This document shows, in pieces, positions 12,209 through 25,090 of a DNA stretch of 64,000 nt. The DNA lies in contig OX597825.1 of assembly GCA_951406725.2 (NCBI GenBank), positions 71,362,001-71,426,000 on the forward strand, read 5' to 3'. Positions within the stretch are counted from its first letter, which is position 1, and each line of letters opens with the position of its first letter. Under the pieces are notes generated by a model. It was not told where the DNA came from. It did not search any database and saw only the letters and a program-made list of their open reading frames with translations. This DNA comes from Octopus vulgaris (lineage: Eukaryota). The position numbers were made by a program, and so were the translations under genes.

Positions 12209-15200
12209 TATACATATATATATATACACACACACACACGCATTTACATACATGTAAATGGTACCTGTGCATCATAGTTGTGGCTGTTGCTGGTGCCATG
12301 TAAATGGTACCCACCTATGAGTTGTCCTATGTAAATGGCACCGCTGAATCGTAGTCATGGTTGTTGTCGGTGCCACGTAAATGATACCCACCTGTGAATC
12401 GTAGTCATGGTTGTTGCCAGTGTCTTGTAAATGGCACCCATGCCAGTTGCATGTAAAAACACCCATTACACATCTGGAGTGGTTGGCATCAGGAAGGGCA
12501 TCCAGCTGTAGAAACCAAGACAAATCAGACTGGGACCTGGTGCAACTCTCTTGCTCATCAGCTCCAGTCAAACTGTCTAACCCATGTCAGCAAGGAGAGT
12601 GGATGTTAAATGATGACACAGACACACATTGTAAGCTTCTGCTATAACTTTGGGTTGACCAATGCCTTGTGAGATGAATTCTATGCTGCATAAAACATAT
12701 TTCATTGTTGGAACTATTTGCATCTTTCCCAATGAAGAACATACTCAGTTTTTTTTTTAGTTTCTCTTTTTTTTTTTCTTTTACTGCAGTTCAGAATGTT
12801 TGCCAGGATTATACCTTCACTGAATAATTTGTACGCACACACTGTGTGAATATAGAACATTCAGGCCTTGTGAAGTGGAGAAATATTTACCTTAGTGCAG
12901 TTATTTGTGCTTGCAAAATGTAACTGTTGTCTTATCTATTGTTTTCTGGTATATTTATATATATAAGATATTGCCTTGTGTTCTACTACATACTGGAACA
13001 TATAAAACTATAACATACATATGTGTGTGTGTATGTATATTATATATATACATATATACATATATACTGGTGTTGCTGTATGCTTAGGATATCTACTTGC
13101 AAGGAATAAATTAAGCAAATACATGAATATGTTTTCTGCATAGTAAAAACTCTGAGGCCTCTTTAAGGAGATGGATGTTTAACTTGTGTGCGATTATTTG
13201 TAGTATGTGAAATCTTACACTTACCTATTTCCATCCATTGCTAGGTTGAATGCATTGTGTGGTTTTTGTGGTCTGTTGAGGGTGAAGCTTCTCGTTATGT
13301 TTTTATTTTTATTGTTGGATGCTGAAGTAGTGGGATGATTCTGGCTCCAACTAGATTTTGCACATAAAATATTTAGATATGATGTTGAGGATAATGGTAA
13401 TAATTTTTATGGCATTACTGTGTGGTTAAAGAATTTGCTTTGCAATTATGTGGTTTCAGATTCAGTCCTACTGCATAGCACCTTGGGCAAATCTGCTATA
13501 ACCCTGGGCTGAGAAATATCTCTGAGTGAATTTATTAAAATGAAACTTTGTGAAAGCTCTTTGTGTGTGTGCATTTTTGTCTTTTACTGCTCAACAACTG
13601 GTGTTTGATTGGTTACATCCCCATAATATCTGTGGTACCCTGTTGGTTATTACATTATTAATCATCATAAAACTTTGTCATTACGTTAAAGATTTTGGTT
13701 ATGTCTTCAATTTCATTCTATAGTCTAGGTTGTTTAAAGCATAACACTCAGTACTTCATGCTAAAGTAAATAATATAGAGGGGCCAAAACCAAGAGTCTG
13801 AGGAAACTGCTGTTGTCTGTATTGGCAATAATTATACAGTGAAGCTGGTGAGTTCAGACACCTTATTTTTCAGCATACAAATTGGAATTTTTCAATAAGA
13901 ATTTACAGCCAAAATATGGTAGGTTGACTTATATACCAAGATGGTTTTGGAGGGCCAAACATTCCAGTGGGATTTTAAATGATAGCAGTGATGTTTGAAT
14001 ATTTACTCTACATGTTTATACTGCCTTGTCAGTCATTTCACTGATACTATCAATCCACTACCTATAAATAATAGTAACAATAATAATGAGGGTTGCTTTT
14101 AATTTAAGGTATAAGAGCAGCAATTTTGAGAGAAGGAGGTGAGTCAATACCACCAACCTCAGTACTTGACTAAATAATAATAATACTTTAGTACTTGACT
14201 AAATAACAACAATAATATTTCATATGACAAACATTATGGTCAACATGAAAACAAATGAATGATAATGTTGCCATGATCAAACACCTTTTTCTTTGTATGT
14301 ATTTTCTCTGTGTGGAATTTTTACGCCATCAGAGTTTGTGACAGTTGATGAAGTGTCTGCTAGCAATTCCCCTTGGGACAATTGTTGTTATTACTAACCG
14401 ATCAACCATTTCCTAAATAAACAGAAAAAATGTCTGATGTCAAAAAAAAAAAAAAAAATGAAATTGCTACTACGCAATTAAAGATAGAAATATGTGCAAG
14501 AATTCATAGACAATAAATTTTTCCCATCTTGAATTGATCTGTTGGCTAATTGGGAATATTGAAATTATTTATGAAATGTGTTCACAAAGCTGGCCTGATG
14601 GCTCTTAAGACTAGGTAGAAATGTCATTGTCGACAGCTGTTATGATACTTTTCCTGATTTGCAAACATTCCTGTGACAACATATTAACTAAGGATTATGC
14701 CCTCTGAAATAATGGTGATAATGCTATTGAAAATTGCCTTTCATCAAAATCATCAAAGGGAATATTGCACTAACATTACAAAACACTACCACAGTCGTTC
14801 TTAAGCTGAGCGGTAGCAACCCCTTTGGTGGAATTGTGAGCTCACAAGTGGGGTGATATCTATCAAGGATGTGCCCTGAAGGGTACTGAGTATTTAGAGG
14901 AGAGGTGGTTTTTTCTTAGGAATAAAATATTTAAACCAGTTACAATAATTATATTGTAAATATATTTTCAATTAAATTTTCACTTGGATTAGAATAAGAG
15001 TAGGCTTTAGTATTATTCCACCTATATTTATATAATGTGATGTAGTTATGTCCTTTCTCCACAGCATACTTCCCTCTGAACTATACAGAGGGATCTCTTT
15101 AGTCATATAAGTTACCTGACAAACTCACTAGTGCTGGTGCCATGGAAAAAAAGGATCCAGTGTACTTAGTAAAATGGTTGGTGTTAGGATGGGCGTCCAG

Positions 15201-16776
15201 CTGTAGAAACCATGCCAAAGCAGACATTGGTAAACAGTTTTGGTGAGATTTGATATCAGGGCATGAAAAGCTGAAACAAATACTGCAAGACTTTCTTCAG
15301 ACACTAACTACAGAGAACATCTTAGGTTTAAAGCCTTTGTATTTATTTCCTAGGCACAGTTTATAACAGAGAATGGCTGTAGTGAACCCGAAATTGAGAG
15401 CTTCTGAGCTTCTCTTATTTCTCTGTGACTAAGTCATTGTTGAAGAAGAGTTAGCTATCCATAAAAAGTATTGCTCAATGGATACACCATGGTGTATAAA
15501 AAGTATTGCTCCTATAAGTTAGTTAATAATCCTTTCTACTATACACACAAGGCCTGGTATTTTGAGAGAGGGGGCTTATTGATAACAATAATCTTAGTGC
15601 TTAACTGGTACTTATTTTATCAACCCCCAAAAGGATGAAAGGCAATTTTGACCCTGGTGGTATTTGAACTCTGAACATCGAGCCAGAAGAAACATCATGA
15701 AGCATTTTGTCTGGTGTGCTAATGATTTTGTCAGCTTACTATATTTGGTTAATGATAATAAGTGAAATACAACCAATGCATGTGTGTTATTGGTAAACTG
15801 ACCTTCCCAAGGTACAACAACCTTTCAAAGGCAACAATCTTGCAAAACAAATGCAAAAACAAAACAAAATAAAAAGACAATTAAAAACTGGAAAAGTTTT
15901 AAAAAGGTAAAAGAAAACAAAAGGAAACATCATTAGCTTAGCTCAGGATATATATTATTTAGTTTTTATTTTTATTTTGTAGTTATTTATTTATCTATTC
16001 TCACCAATGTGATGAGGCGGAGGTCTAGTGGTGGGGAAATGTGTAGTTTTATGGGTGTGGCATAGTGTGATGGCGTGTGCATGCAATGGATACGGCTATC
16101 TAGGCATCTCAGTTTGTTACAAATTCATTACATATAGTAGGGACCAACCAGAGTGAGGGCAGTACTAGCTGGTAGTGGGCGGACGAGGGGGGACACAGTG
16201 CGGAGTGGGGAAGGCGGGGCAGAAGTTGAAATGTCTGACTGAGACCCCTTTTTATTTCATACAAGCCATCATCAAGGTAGCCTTGCTGAGATAAGATAAT
16301 GTAGGAGTGGTTCAAATCCCACTCAGTTTTATCTCTCAGAACACACAAAGTATGGCAGTGGTGGGGCTGGTGGTGGTAAGGGGACACATTTTAGGATGAG
16401 TTTTTCTTCTGTTTATTATTTTTCTTCTTCTCTGGCAATGAATAAATAGTTACTGTTTTGTTTGCTTGTATTTGGTGCTCCCTAAACATAGATCTTTAAG
16501 GTATACCTTTACACAGAACTTGCTGCCACTTTTATTGGCGTTTTACATCATGTCGGTGTCTAAGTTAAGAAGGAATTCTTGTTGTCATGTTTTTTTAAAT
16601 ATATTTTTTTCATTTACATTGTGTGTGTGTGTGTGTGTACACTCACGTACATGGAAACAGAGATAAACACAAAATAACATATATACATGATTTTAGGTCC
16701 ATGTATAATTGTATGTTCGCATATATATGTATATACACACAAATGTATATATGTGTGCATCTATGTGTTTATATAC

Positions 16777-16809
<33 letters not shown>

Positions 16810-18292
16810 GAGAGAGAGAGAGTGTGTGAGAAGATCTTTTCTTAGTTTAGGCATAGGTACACACACACACAAACACTTGTGATGTAATGTTTTGTTTAAC
16901 CAACATCTTGCTAAAAATATTCTACCAAAACCTAATAAAATTGTTTGGTTAGAGTTATCTTTATGTTTCTATTTATCAATGACAACCTCACCCCTCCCTG
17001 AAGTTAAAGAATAAATATCCTTATCTTCAAATTGGCACCAATTTTTGATGAGATTTTTACTTTTTTTTGTTGCACGCGATAGATTTTTTTTTTTCCTCCT
17101 ATCTTTAAACTTAAAACCCGAGAAACTTTAGCTGGAAATTCTGTCTTTTATCAGAGATACTTTTATTGTTTGTGTTGTTGTCGCTGTGCTGAATAGCTGC
17201 ACATGATTTTGCAGACAAAGTAGAATTACCGTACAGGTGTATAAACTAAATGATTGCTCTTATTACTGTATTTGATAGCATTTAAGAGACTTTCTTTTTC
17301 CTGTCTGCAAAGTTGAGCATATATTATGTGCTTAAAACTGTTTCTGATATTAAGGTGTGTCTTAGAAGACCATATGTTTTTTTTCTGAAAATATGTCTCA
17401 AGAAAACCACTCCAGATCCTATATGCATAATTGGGTCTATATTAAACGCTTTTAATGCTCTGAAAACTTTTTCTCCTGGATATGCACTGCTGAAATTGTG
17501 TGGTATCTGTATCCCTGTGCATCTTTTATGCCTTCAAATATGGTTCGTGAGGGTTATTTTGCATAGGGTGAGAGTTACTCCAGGTTTGCGCTTTTAATAA
17601 GACAAACTGGTGTGTCTTATGTGAAACTGTCGTAACTGGGATTTGAAACCAGGTTGCTGGTTTATCCTCACAAGTACTTATTGTTGCTATTCCATAAAGG
17701 TTAGCTCATGCATGAGGGATTTTTTTTTGTACCTTCAACCATTCTATTATTGGCAGGTGACCAATTTCTATACTGTAAGATCATAGACCCAACTAAAATT
17801 AGAGATTCCTTACAGTTTGTCAGTTTTGTTGTTTTTTGTTTGGTGGCTGGTGGTGGTTCAGCTTATCTCACGGCTGCATGGTGCTGTATTTAGTCCCATT
17901 GCACATCACCTGGTTGGCTGATGCTTTCTGAGTGGGATTTGTTAGATGGAAACTATGGAAGTTCTTGTTTGTGTGTGTGTGTGTGCATGCATGTATGTAC
18001 ATATACACGTTATATATATGGACTCTCCTGTCGAAGATGACGTATGAGCATTCAGCTTTTGCCGAATGACCTGTACAAAGGATTTGTTTATAGTGATCAA
18101 ATGTTTGTGCTGCACAGTAGTTCACTCCCTCCATCAAATCAACGTTACCTGAACAGGTGCACAGTGTACCACGCATCAGGTGTCAAAGTGATCACAGAGC
18201 AACATAAGGTGATATACACCTGCTCAAAAAACACAACGCACCACCCTGTCTAGCAAGTGGAATCATGAGTGCAACACTCTACCCACTGAGCC

Positions 18293-18327
<35 letters not shown>

Positions 18328-21300
18328 TAATGCTTGTTTTTATGTTGAGTTATGTAATGGCTAGTATGCTGAAACTTTGAAGTTACTGTCAACACTATTC
18401 TTGCAAAGGAATAATATATATAATCCTTTATCATTTTAGTATCTCCTTTTTCATGCTTGCATGGCTCAAACAGAATTTGTTGAGGATAGATTTTCCACAG
18501 CCAGGTGCTCTTCTCACCTGTCTACAAGCAGGTTAATATTTCCGCATGGCTGGACATATTTTCATAGAAGATTAGGAACAAATAGCACCACCTGTTCGAT
18601 GTCAGCATTCATTTACCTGTTTGATGTCAACACTTGATATCAAGTGATGTCAAGAAAAGTCAGCTGGGCTTCTTACAGTTTCCAATTCCAAAATCCACTC
18701 ACGAGCCTTTTGGTCAATGCTCAGCTATAGTAGAAGACCTTTTCCCTGTGTGTGCTTGCTATCACTGTCATGATGACACTACAACCACAGTCTGAATAAC
18801 CTTCCATAAGATTTCAGTGACTTGTTTTAAGGATCATATATTATGTGCTTTAATGTACTAAAAACTGTTTCTGATAAGTTTAAGGTCTTAGAAGATCATA
18901 TATCTTTTTCTGAAAATGTGTCTCAAGAAAATCGCTCCAGATCCTATATTGCTGACAAATGGATATAATGTTTTAAAATTTCTCAGAGGTGCAAGAGGCA
19001 ACCAGCAGCATCCTTACCTGTTGTGGCACATTCCTTTAACACTTGAAGGGTAAAGCAGCATTTCCAAAATTTATTTTGTTATAAAGGAGAGGAATGGTTG
19101 TGTTGTTTAGATGTTCAGTTCCCTACCAGTGGTTTCATGGTTTCTAAGTTCAATTCCACTGTATGGTACCTACTATTGCTCTGGGCCGACCAAAGCCTTG
19201 TGAAAGAATTTACTCAACAGAAACTGAAACTATAGTAGAGGACATTTTTGCAAGATGCTGCTGCACAGTGAGAGTGAACCTGAAGCCACATGGTTGCAAA
19301 GCTAGGTTCTTAACCACTCGGCCACTTATACATACTATTTTTTATAAAATTAATTTTTTTAATTATATTTTATTAAAAGGCAGAATTACTTTCATGAAGC
19401 CATGGGTTTCCTTGGAACTCAACTTGGAAAACATTGGGGTTGTGTATCAAGGTTTTTGTGGTCAATGGAAAATATTCAGAAGCATTTTTTTTCTTTTTTT
19501 CCTTAACATGTCTGCTCTCCTAATCTGCTGAGTGAATCGAAAATGAGGTAAAAAATTTTCATCAACCACATCATCATCATCATCATCAACACTGAATTAG
19601 CTATTTGTGTCTGTATATCCAGGTTGTTATATGCAGCAGCGTATCTTCATTGGATTTGTTCCAAACTCTTCATATGGGAAAGTTTCATCAAGTGTAGAGC
19701 AATGATGATTGATATGTTATTAATTTATGTTCTAAACCAGGCAAATGAAGGTAGTAGTGGTGGTGGTGGTAGTGGTGGTAATGATGGAGAATATTAATTA
19801 GTTATAGGATAAATTAGTTTTAATCTTTGTTTTGTTTTTTTTTTAGTTATTTTTATTAGATTTATTTAAAGAATGTTTAATGTTTGAATTGAATACAGAT
19901 GTTTGACTTGGATAAAAGAATTAAAACGATGAAAAGACAGAGAAAGACCAATGGTGAATTGAGTGGTGGTGGTGGTGGGGGAGTGAGAGTAAGGAAAGTA
20001 AGACAAAGTGCCGGAAAGGGCTAACGAAGGAGGGAGAGAGGAGCTCGTTGAAGAGAGAATGAAGTTGTTTCAATAGGAAGCAGGAAAACAAGCAATAGAA
20101 AGAAATAATGAAAGAATGCAGAATGTAAAAACGAGAGAGAGAGAGTACAGAAAGATAGAGAGTGTATGACACAGGAATAGGAGAGAGGGAGTGTGTGGAA
20201 AGATAGATATAAAAATAGGAGAGAGAAGGAGAGAAAGGAAGCAGGGGAGAGAAGATGGTAGAGATTGTAAGAACCTGAATTTTCTATATTTTGTTTCATT
20301 TTTGATTGATATCAACTGAAACATGAAAATATTCCTGAAGAATACATTTGTATATTATTTCTGCGGTGAACTGGCAGAACCATTAATTAGCCTGCTTGAC
20401 ATAATGCTTTGTGGCATTTTGTCCCTCTTTTACATTCTGGGTTCAAACTCTGCCAAGGTGGACTTTGCCTTTCATGCTTTCAAGGTTGAGATGATAAGCA
20501 CCATTTAAGCACTGGAGTTGATGTAATCAGCTTCCGCTTCCCTTCTGAAACAGTTGGTCCTGTGCCAAAATTTGAAACCATTCTTATTTTCAGTATAGAA
20601 CATGAGCCAACCCAAGCCTTGTGAGTGAAACTAGGTGTCTGTGTGTGTGGGCGGGGGAAAGGTCGGTTTAGTTGATTGAAGAATTGTGTACACATTATTG
20701 AAACAAAAGGTGATCCATATATTTTATCATAGAGGCATGTATAGATGTTTACCACAAGGGTCCAGTCCTTGTTGCAGGATGGTGGCTTGTGTGTCTCAAC
20801 GACTCTGAAAGACCAGAGGTGAATTGAGTGGTGGTGGTGGTGGTGGTGTGGGGAGCGAGAGCAAGGAAAGTAAGACAGGGCAATGCCCAGACTAATATGG
20901 CCCCCACCACCTCTCCCTAGAGGTAAAAATCGGTTTGTGCAGTGTGAACACTCTGACCTAGAAAAATAAAAAAAAAAAAGCAAAGTTACAAAGGCATCAG
21001 TGACAAAACTCGAAAGAGGATGCCCTATACTCTGTGGGCTGAGAAGGGCTTAGCTCTTTCAAGCTTTGTATTCAGCAGTTTTTGGAATTAAGAATAAAAC
21101 CCTCCTTTTTCATTCTCATGAGGTATGAATTATTTTCAATTTTGTCCATTCTTGGACAATGGGATAGTGGATATAAGCATTGATTAAATTGTTAAGTGTA
21201 GTAACGTAGCTTGTGGCTTTGAGTTCAATTTCAGGATCGGTGAAGCTATATACTTTGGTTTAAGTATGATCAGGTAAATTTACAAATTTAAAGATGAGTA

Positions 21301-21389
21301 GCAAAAGTATCCTTGGTTTGGAAATTGGAATGAGAACAGTATACCCCTCTTTAAAAAGAAAAATAATGGGTTGTAAATTATGTGAATAG

Positions 21390-21766
21390 GTGCAGGAGTG
21401 GTTGTGTGGTAAGTAGCTTGCTTACCAACAACGTGGTTCCAGGTTCAGTCCCACTGAGTGGCACCTTGGGCAAGTGCCTTCTACTATAGCCTCGGGCTAA
21501 CCAAAACCTTGTGAGTGGATTTGGTAGATGGACACTGAAAAAGAAGCCCATTGTATATATGTATATGTATATATATGTGTGTTTGTGTGCCTGTTTGTCC
21601 CCCCCCACCATCGCTTGACAACTGATGGTGGTGTGTTTACGTCCCCGTAACTTAGCGGCAAAAGAGACCAGGCTTACAAAGAATAAGTCCTGGGGTCGAT
21701 TTGCTCGACTAAAGGCGGTGCTCCAGCATGGCTGCAGTCAAATGACTGAAACAAGTAAAAGAGTAA
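21390..21766 (+). mobile_element. SINE, family of 43009-43414
   Basis: Shared head, CACCTTGGGCAAGTG core and tail. Confidence 0.9.
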
Positions 21767-22532
21767 TACAAAAAACACCTGAAGAAGGCCAGGGAGTACA
21801 CCAGTTGAAATATTATGACCATAACTTTGAAGATAAGGACACTGGTCAGAATCTATCTGTTTAGTCTACAATGTATTTTCACTGTTTGTCAAATTGTTTT
21901 GTTATTTTGTTATGTCTACACTCACTGACTGTGGTCCCTTACATCAAAGAACACTGGTGTTGTTTAACTGTGGTCCCTTATATCAAAGAACACTGATGTG
22001 AAAACAATGAAGGGAAATAGGAAATTAGTAAAACATGAATAGTGAAACGTTGTATGGAATATTTAGAATGCCTTTAGGTGGGGGTGAATATTTTATTTGA
22101 TTATTCATGCATACGTACGTACGGACACATACCCATGCATCCACATATTTGCACTCGCATATGTATACATCCACATGCATACACCCACACAAGCATTTTC
22201 ACACACACACTCTTCTTTGAAAATGTAGGTAAGGTAGTAAACCTTTTTATATTTGGATGCTCCACCTGTTGCCAATTATTCAGCCATAATGTAGGAATCT
22301 ATTCTGTCAGTCAACTAAACTGGGACAAGCACCCCACCCAACTCCACACACACTTTTTTCATTTCTGATTTTAGTGTTTGCCTTTCATTAAAATTAGGGT
22401 TTCATTTCTCTCGTGTTAATGACATAGGTACTTGTTGCATACTGGGGGTTGACATCCAGTTCAATTAATTTTTTTAAAGAGACTCCTATTCCAGCAGGGA
22501 TACTCTTGGTCATGATCTGTCTAGGTACTTAA

Positions 22533-22743
22533 CCCTTTGGCATTTAAACCGGCCAAAAGTATTCTGCCTGTTTTATGTTCAAACTGGCCAGATCTGGTCT
22601 TTCACACCAGCCCTACAATATCATTTTAAAAATTAACAGCTACCTCATCAAAATCTCATAGCTACAAGATAATGCCTGATTAGTTCAAGGCAATGTGGAT
22701 AAAAAAGGATTAATTTTGGCAGAATAATGCAAACACTAAAGGG
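22533..22743. mobile_element. piggyBac-type MITE, family 2
   Basis: TTAA|CCCTTT ... AAAGGG|TTAA. Related copies at 35713-35931 and 42468-42687; partial copies at ~46240-46407 and ~50641-50852. Confidence 0.85.
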
Positions 22744-24354
22744 TTAATCTACCCTCTACTCTAACCTGCTGGCTTCAGTGCTTAGCAACAAAAGGGTCAG
22801 TAAGTTGTTTTTTTTTTCTCTTGAGGTTTCAGATTTTTTTCGAAAAGAAAATTATATTTAATATGTATATGTGGTCCATAATTTTAAATAATTTTTTTGT
22901 GTTGTTTAATTAGATGCAGGGGTGTTTGTGTGATTAAGAAGATTCTTTCTCAGGTCCATGATTTCTGGTTCAGTCCCACTGCTTGGCACCTTGGGCAAGT
23001 GTTTTCTACTATAGCCTCAGGCCAATCAAAGTTTTGTGAGAGGATTTGGTAGATGGAAAATGAAAAAAAAAAAACCATTGTGAGTGTGTGCTTGTTTGTG
23101 TCTCCTTATTTTGACTTCATATCATTGTTGTAAATGTATGATATTTATTTCCAATGTTCTCCGAAAATATGTCTGGCCATGGGAAAATATTATCCTGTTT
23201 CAGGACAGGTAAGGGTTGGTGACAGTAAGGGCATCAAGCCATAGAAAATCTGCTTCGATAATTATCTCCATGTGACCCATGTAAGCATAGGAAAGTGGAT
23301 GTTGAAACAATGACAAGTGTTGTCAGTGATGGAAACTGAGAGGTTATTAACATCATTATCGTTTAACACCTGCTTTTTGTGCTGGCATGGGTTGGACAGT
23401 TTGCTAGCTGCTGGTAAGGCTGGGAGCTGCACCAGGTAACATTTTTTGTTCTACAGCTGGATGCCCTTCCTAATGCCAACCACTTTTACAGAGTATACTG
23501 GGTGCTTTTTATCTGCAAAGATTCTTTTTTTTTTTTTCATGTATATATACAAGATATGATATACATGTGAGTCATTTGGAAAAAGTAAAAAATAAAAAAT
23601 ATAAGAAAGAAAAAAATAAAAAACAAAAATCAAAAGTGGGCTGTCACAAGAAGTTGCTGATCCACCGATTATTCCTTTTTCTGTTATACTTGATTTCTTC
23701 ATTCAATTACCATCAGCAAAAGTAGAAAACCTTGACTCAAGTCACAACACCGTCCTCATTAACTCCACACTTGTTCACCCTCGAGTGGCAAGACCGGTGG
23801 CTCTTATCTGTTTTCGCTAACTTAATTGCTCCAATGTACACGGTTACACACATGCACATGTAAATCGCACATACATCATACTGTATTTATTGACAAAGTA
23901 GACAGTTGTATCCTTATCTTTTGCTATGTAACCAAGGTGATGTCTGAATCAATTTTTCTATTGACTGTTCAGAAACACTGAATCAATATCTTGGATTGTA
24001 AACAACACACACACACAATATTGCTTATTTTTAATAGTTTTTTTTTTTTTCTTTCTAGTTTTTCCTCTTTTTTCTTTTTGCATTTTGTTTCTTCCTTTTC
24101 TTTTACAGTTGGATTAAATTCCCATGTCAGCTCAGTAGTAGTAGTAGATACAATAATAATAATAATGATAATAATAACGATGATGCTAATGATGATAGTG
24201 ATAATAATTGATAATCTGTTGGATTAACTTAAAATGTCATAGTTTTTCTCCTTATTAGGGACATTATGTTTCTCTTTTAGTGCTAATCAATCATTCCATT
24301 GACAGATTACAGCCTACTTAAAGAACTTTTGTCTTTTCTTTTGATGTATGTTTG

Positions 24355-25090
24355 CTTTGTGTGTGTGTGTGTGTGTGTGTTTGTGTATGAAGATGATTGT
24401 ATCTGTCTGAGCATTTTTTGCTTGCATCCTGATATACTGCTGTGTGTGTGTGTGTGTGTCCTTGTAAGTGTATGCTTGTGTTCAAGCATGTGTGTGTGTG
24501 TGTGTCTGTCCTTGTATGTTTGTGCCTGAGCATGTGTTCATCTATCTGAAGGTGTGTGTATCTGGATGAGCATGTGTGCCTGTGTGTGTGTGTATGTGTG
24601 TCCTTGTATGTGTATGCTTGTGTTCAAGCATGTGTGTGTGTGTGTATGTGTCTGTCCTTGTATGTTTGTGCTTGAGCATGTGTGTATCTGGATGAGCATG
24701 TGTGCCTGTGTGTGTGTATGTGTGTCTTTGTCAAAGCATCTCCCTGTGTATGCATGTGCTTGTGGCCGAGTGTTTTTCCCTGTATCTGTGCATCTTATTG
24801 TATGTGCGTGTGCATATGTGCTGGTATCTGTGTGTGTGTGCGTGCATATGTGCTGGTATCTGTGTGTGCGTGTCCCTCAGTATGTATTCCTTTGTTATTG
24901 TGTGTGCTGGTGTTTTCCCCTTGCATGTGTGTGTATGTGTGACTCAACGTCCCTGCTTTTTTGTGTGTGTGTATAATTCTGGTGTGTTAATGTGATTGAG
25001 TGCGCCTATGTCCAAGCATTAATAATTGTGTATGCGCGTGTAAACGTGTGTGTGTGTGTGAGCCTAGCTTTGCCCGAGTGTGTATACATG
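24355..25090. repeat. Compound (GT)n-rich minisatellite
   Basis: (GT)n blocks with repeated CCTTGTATG / GAGCATGTGTG spacers. Confidence 0.85.
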
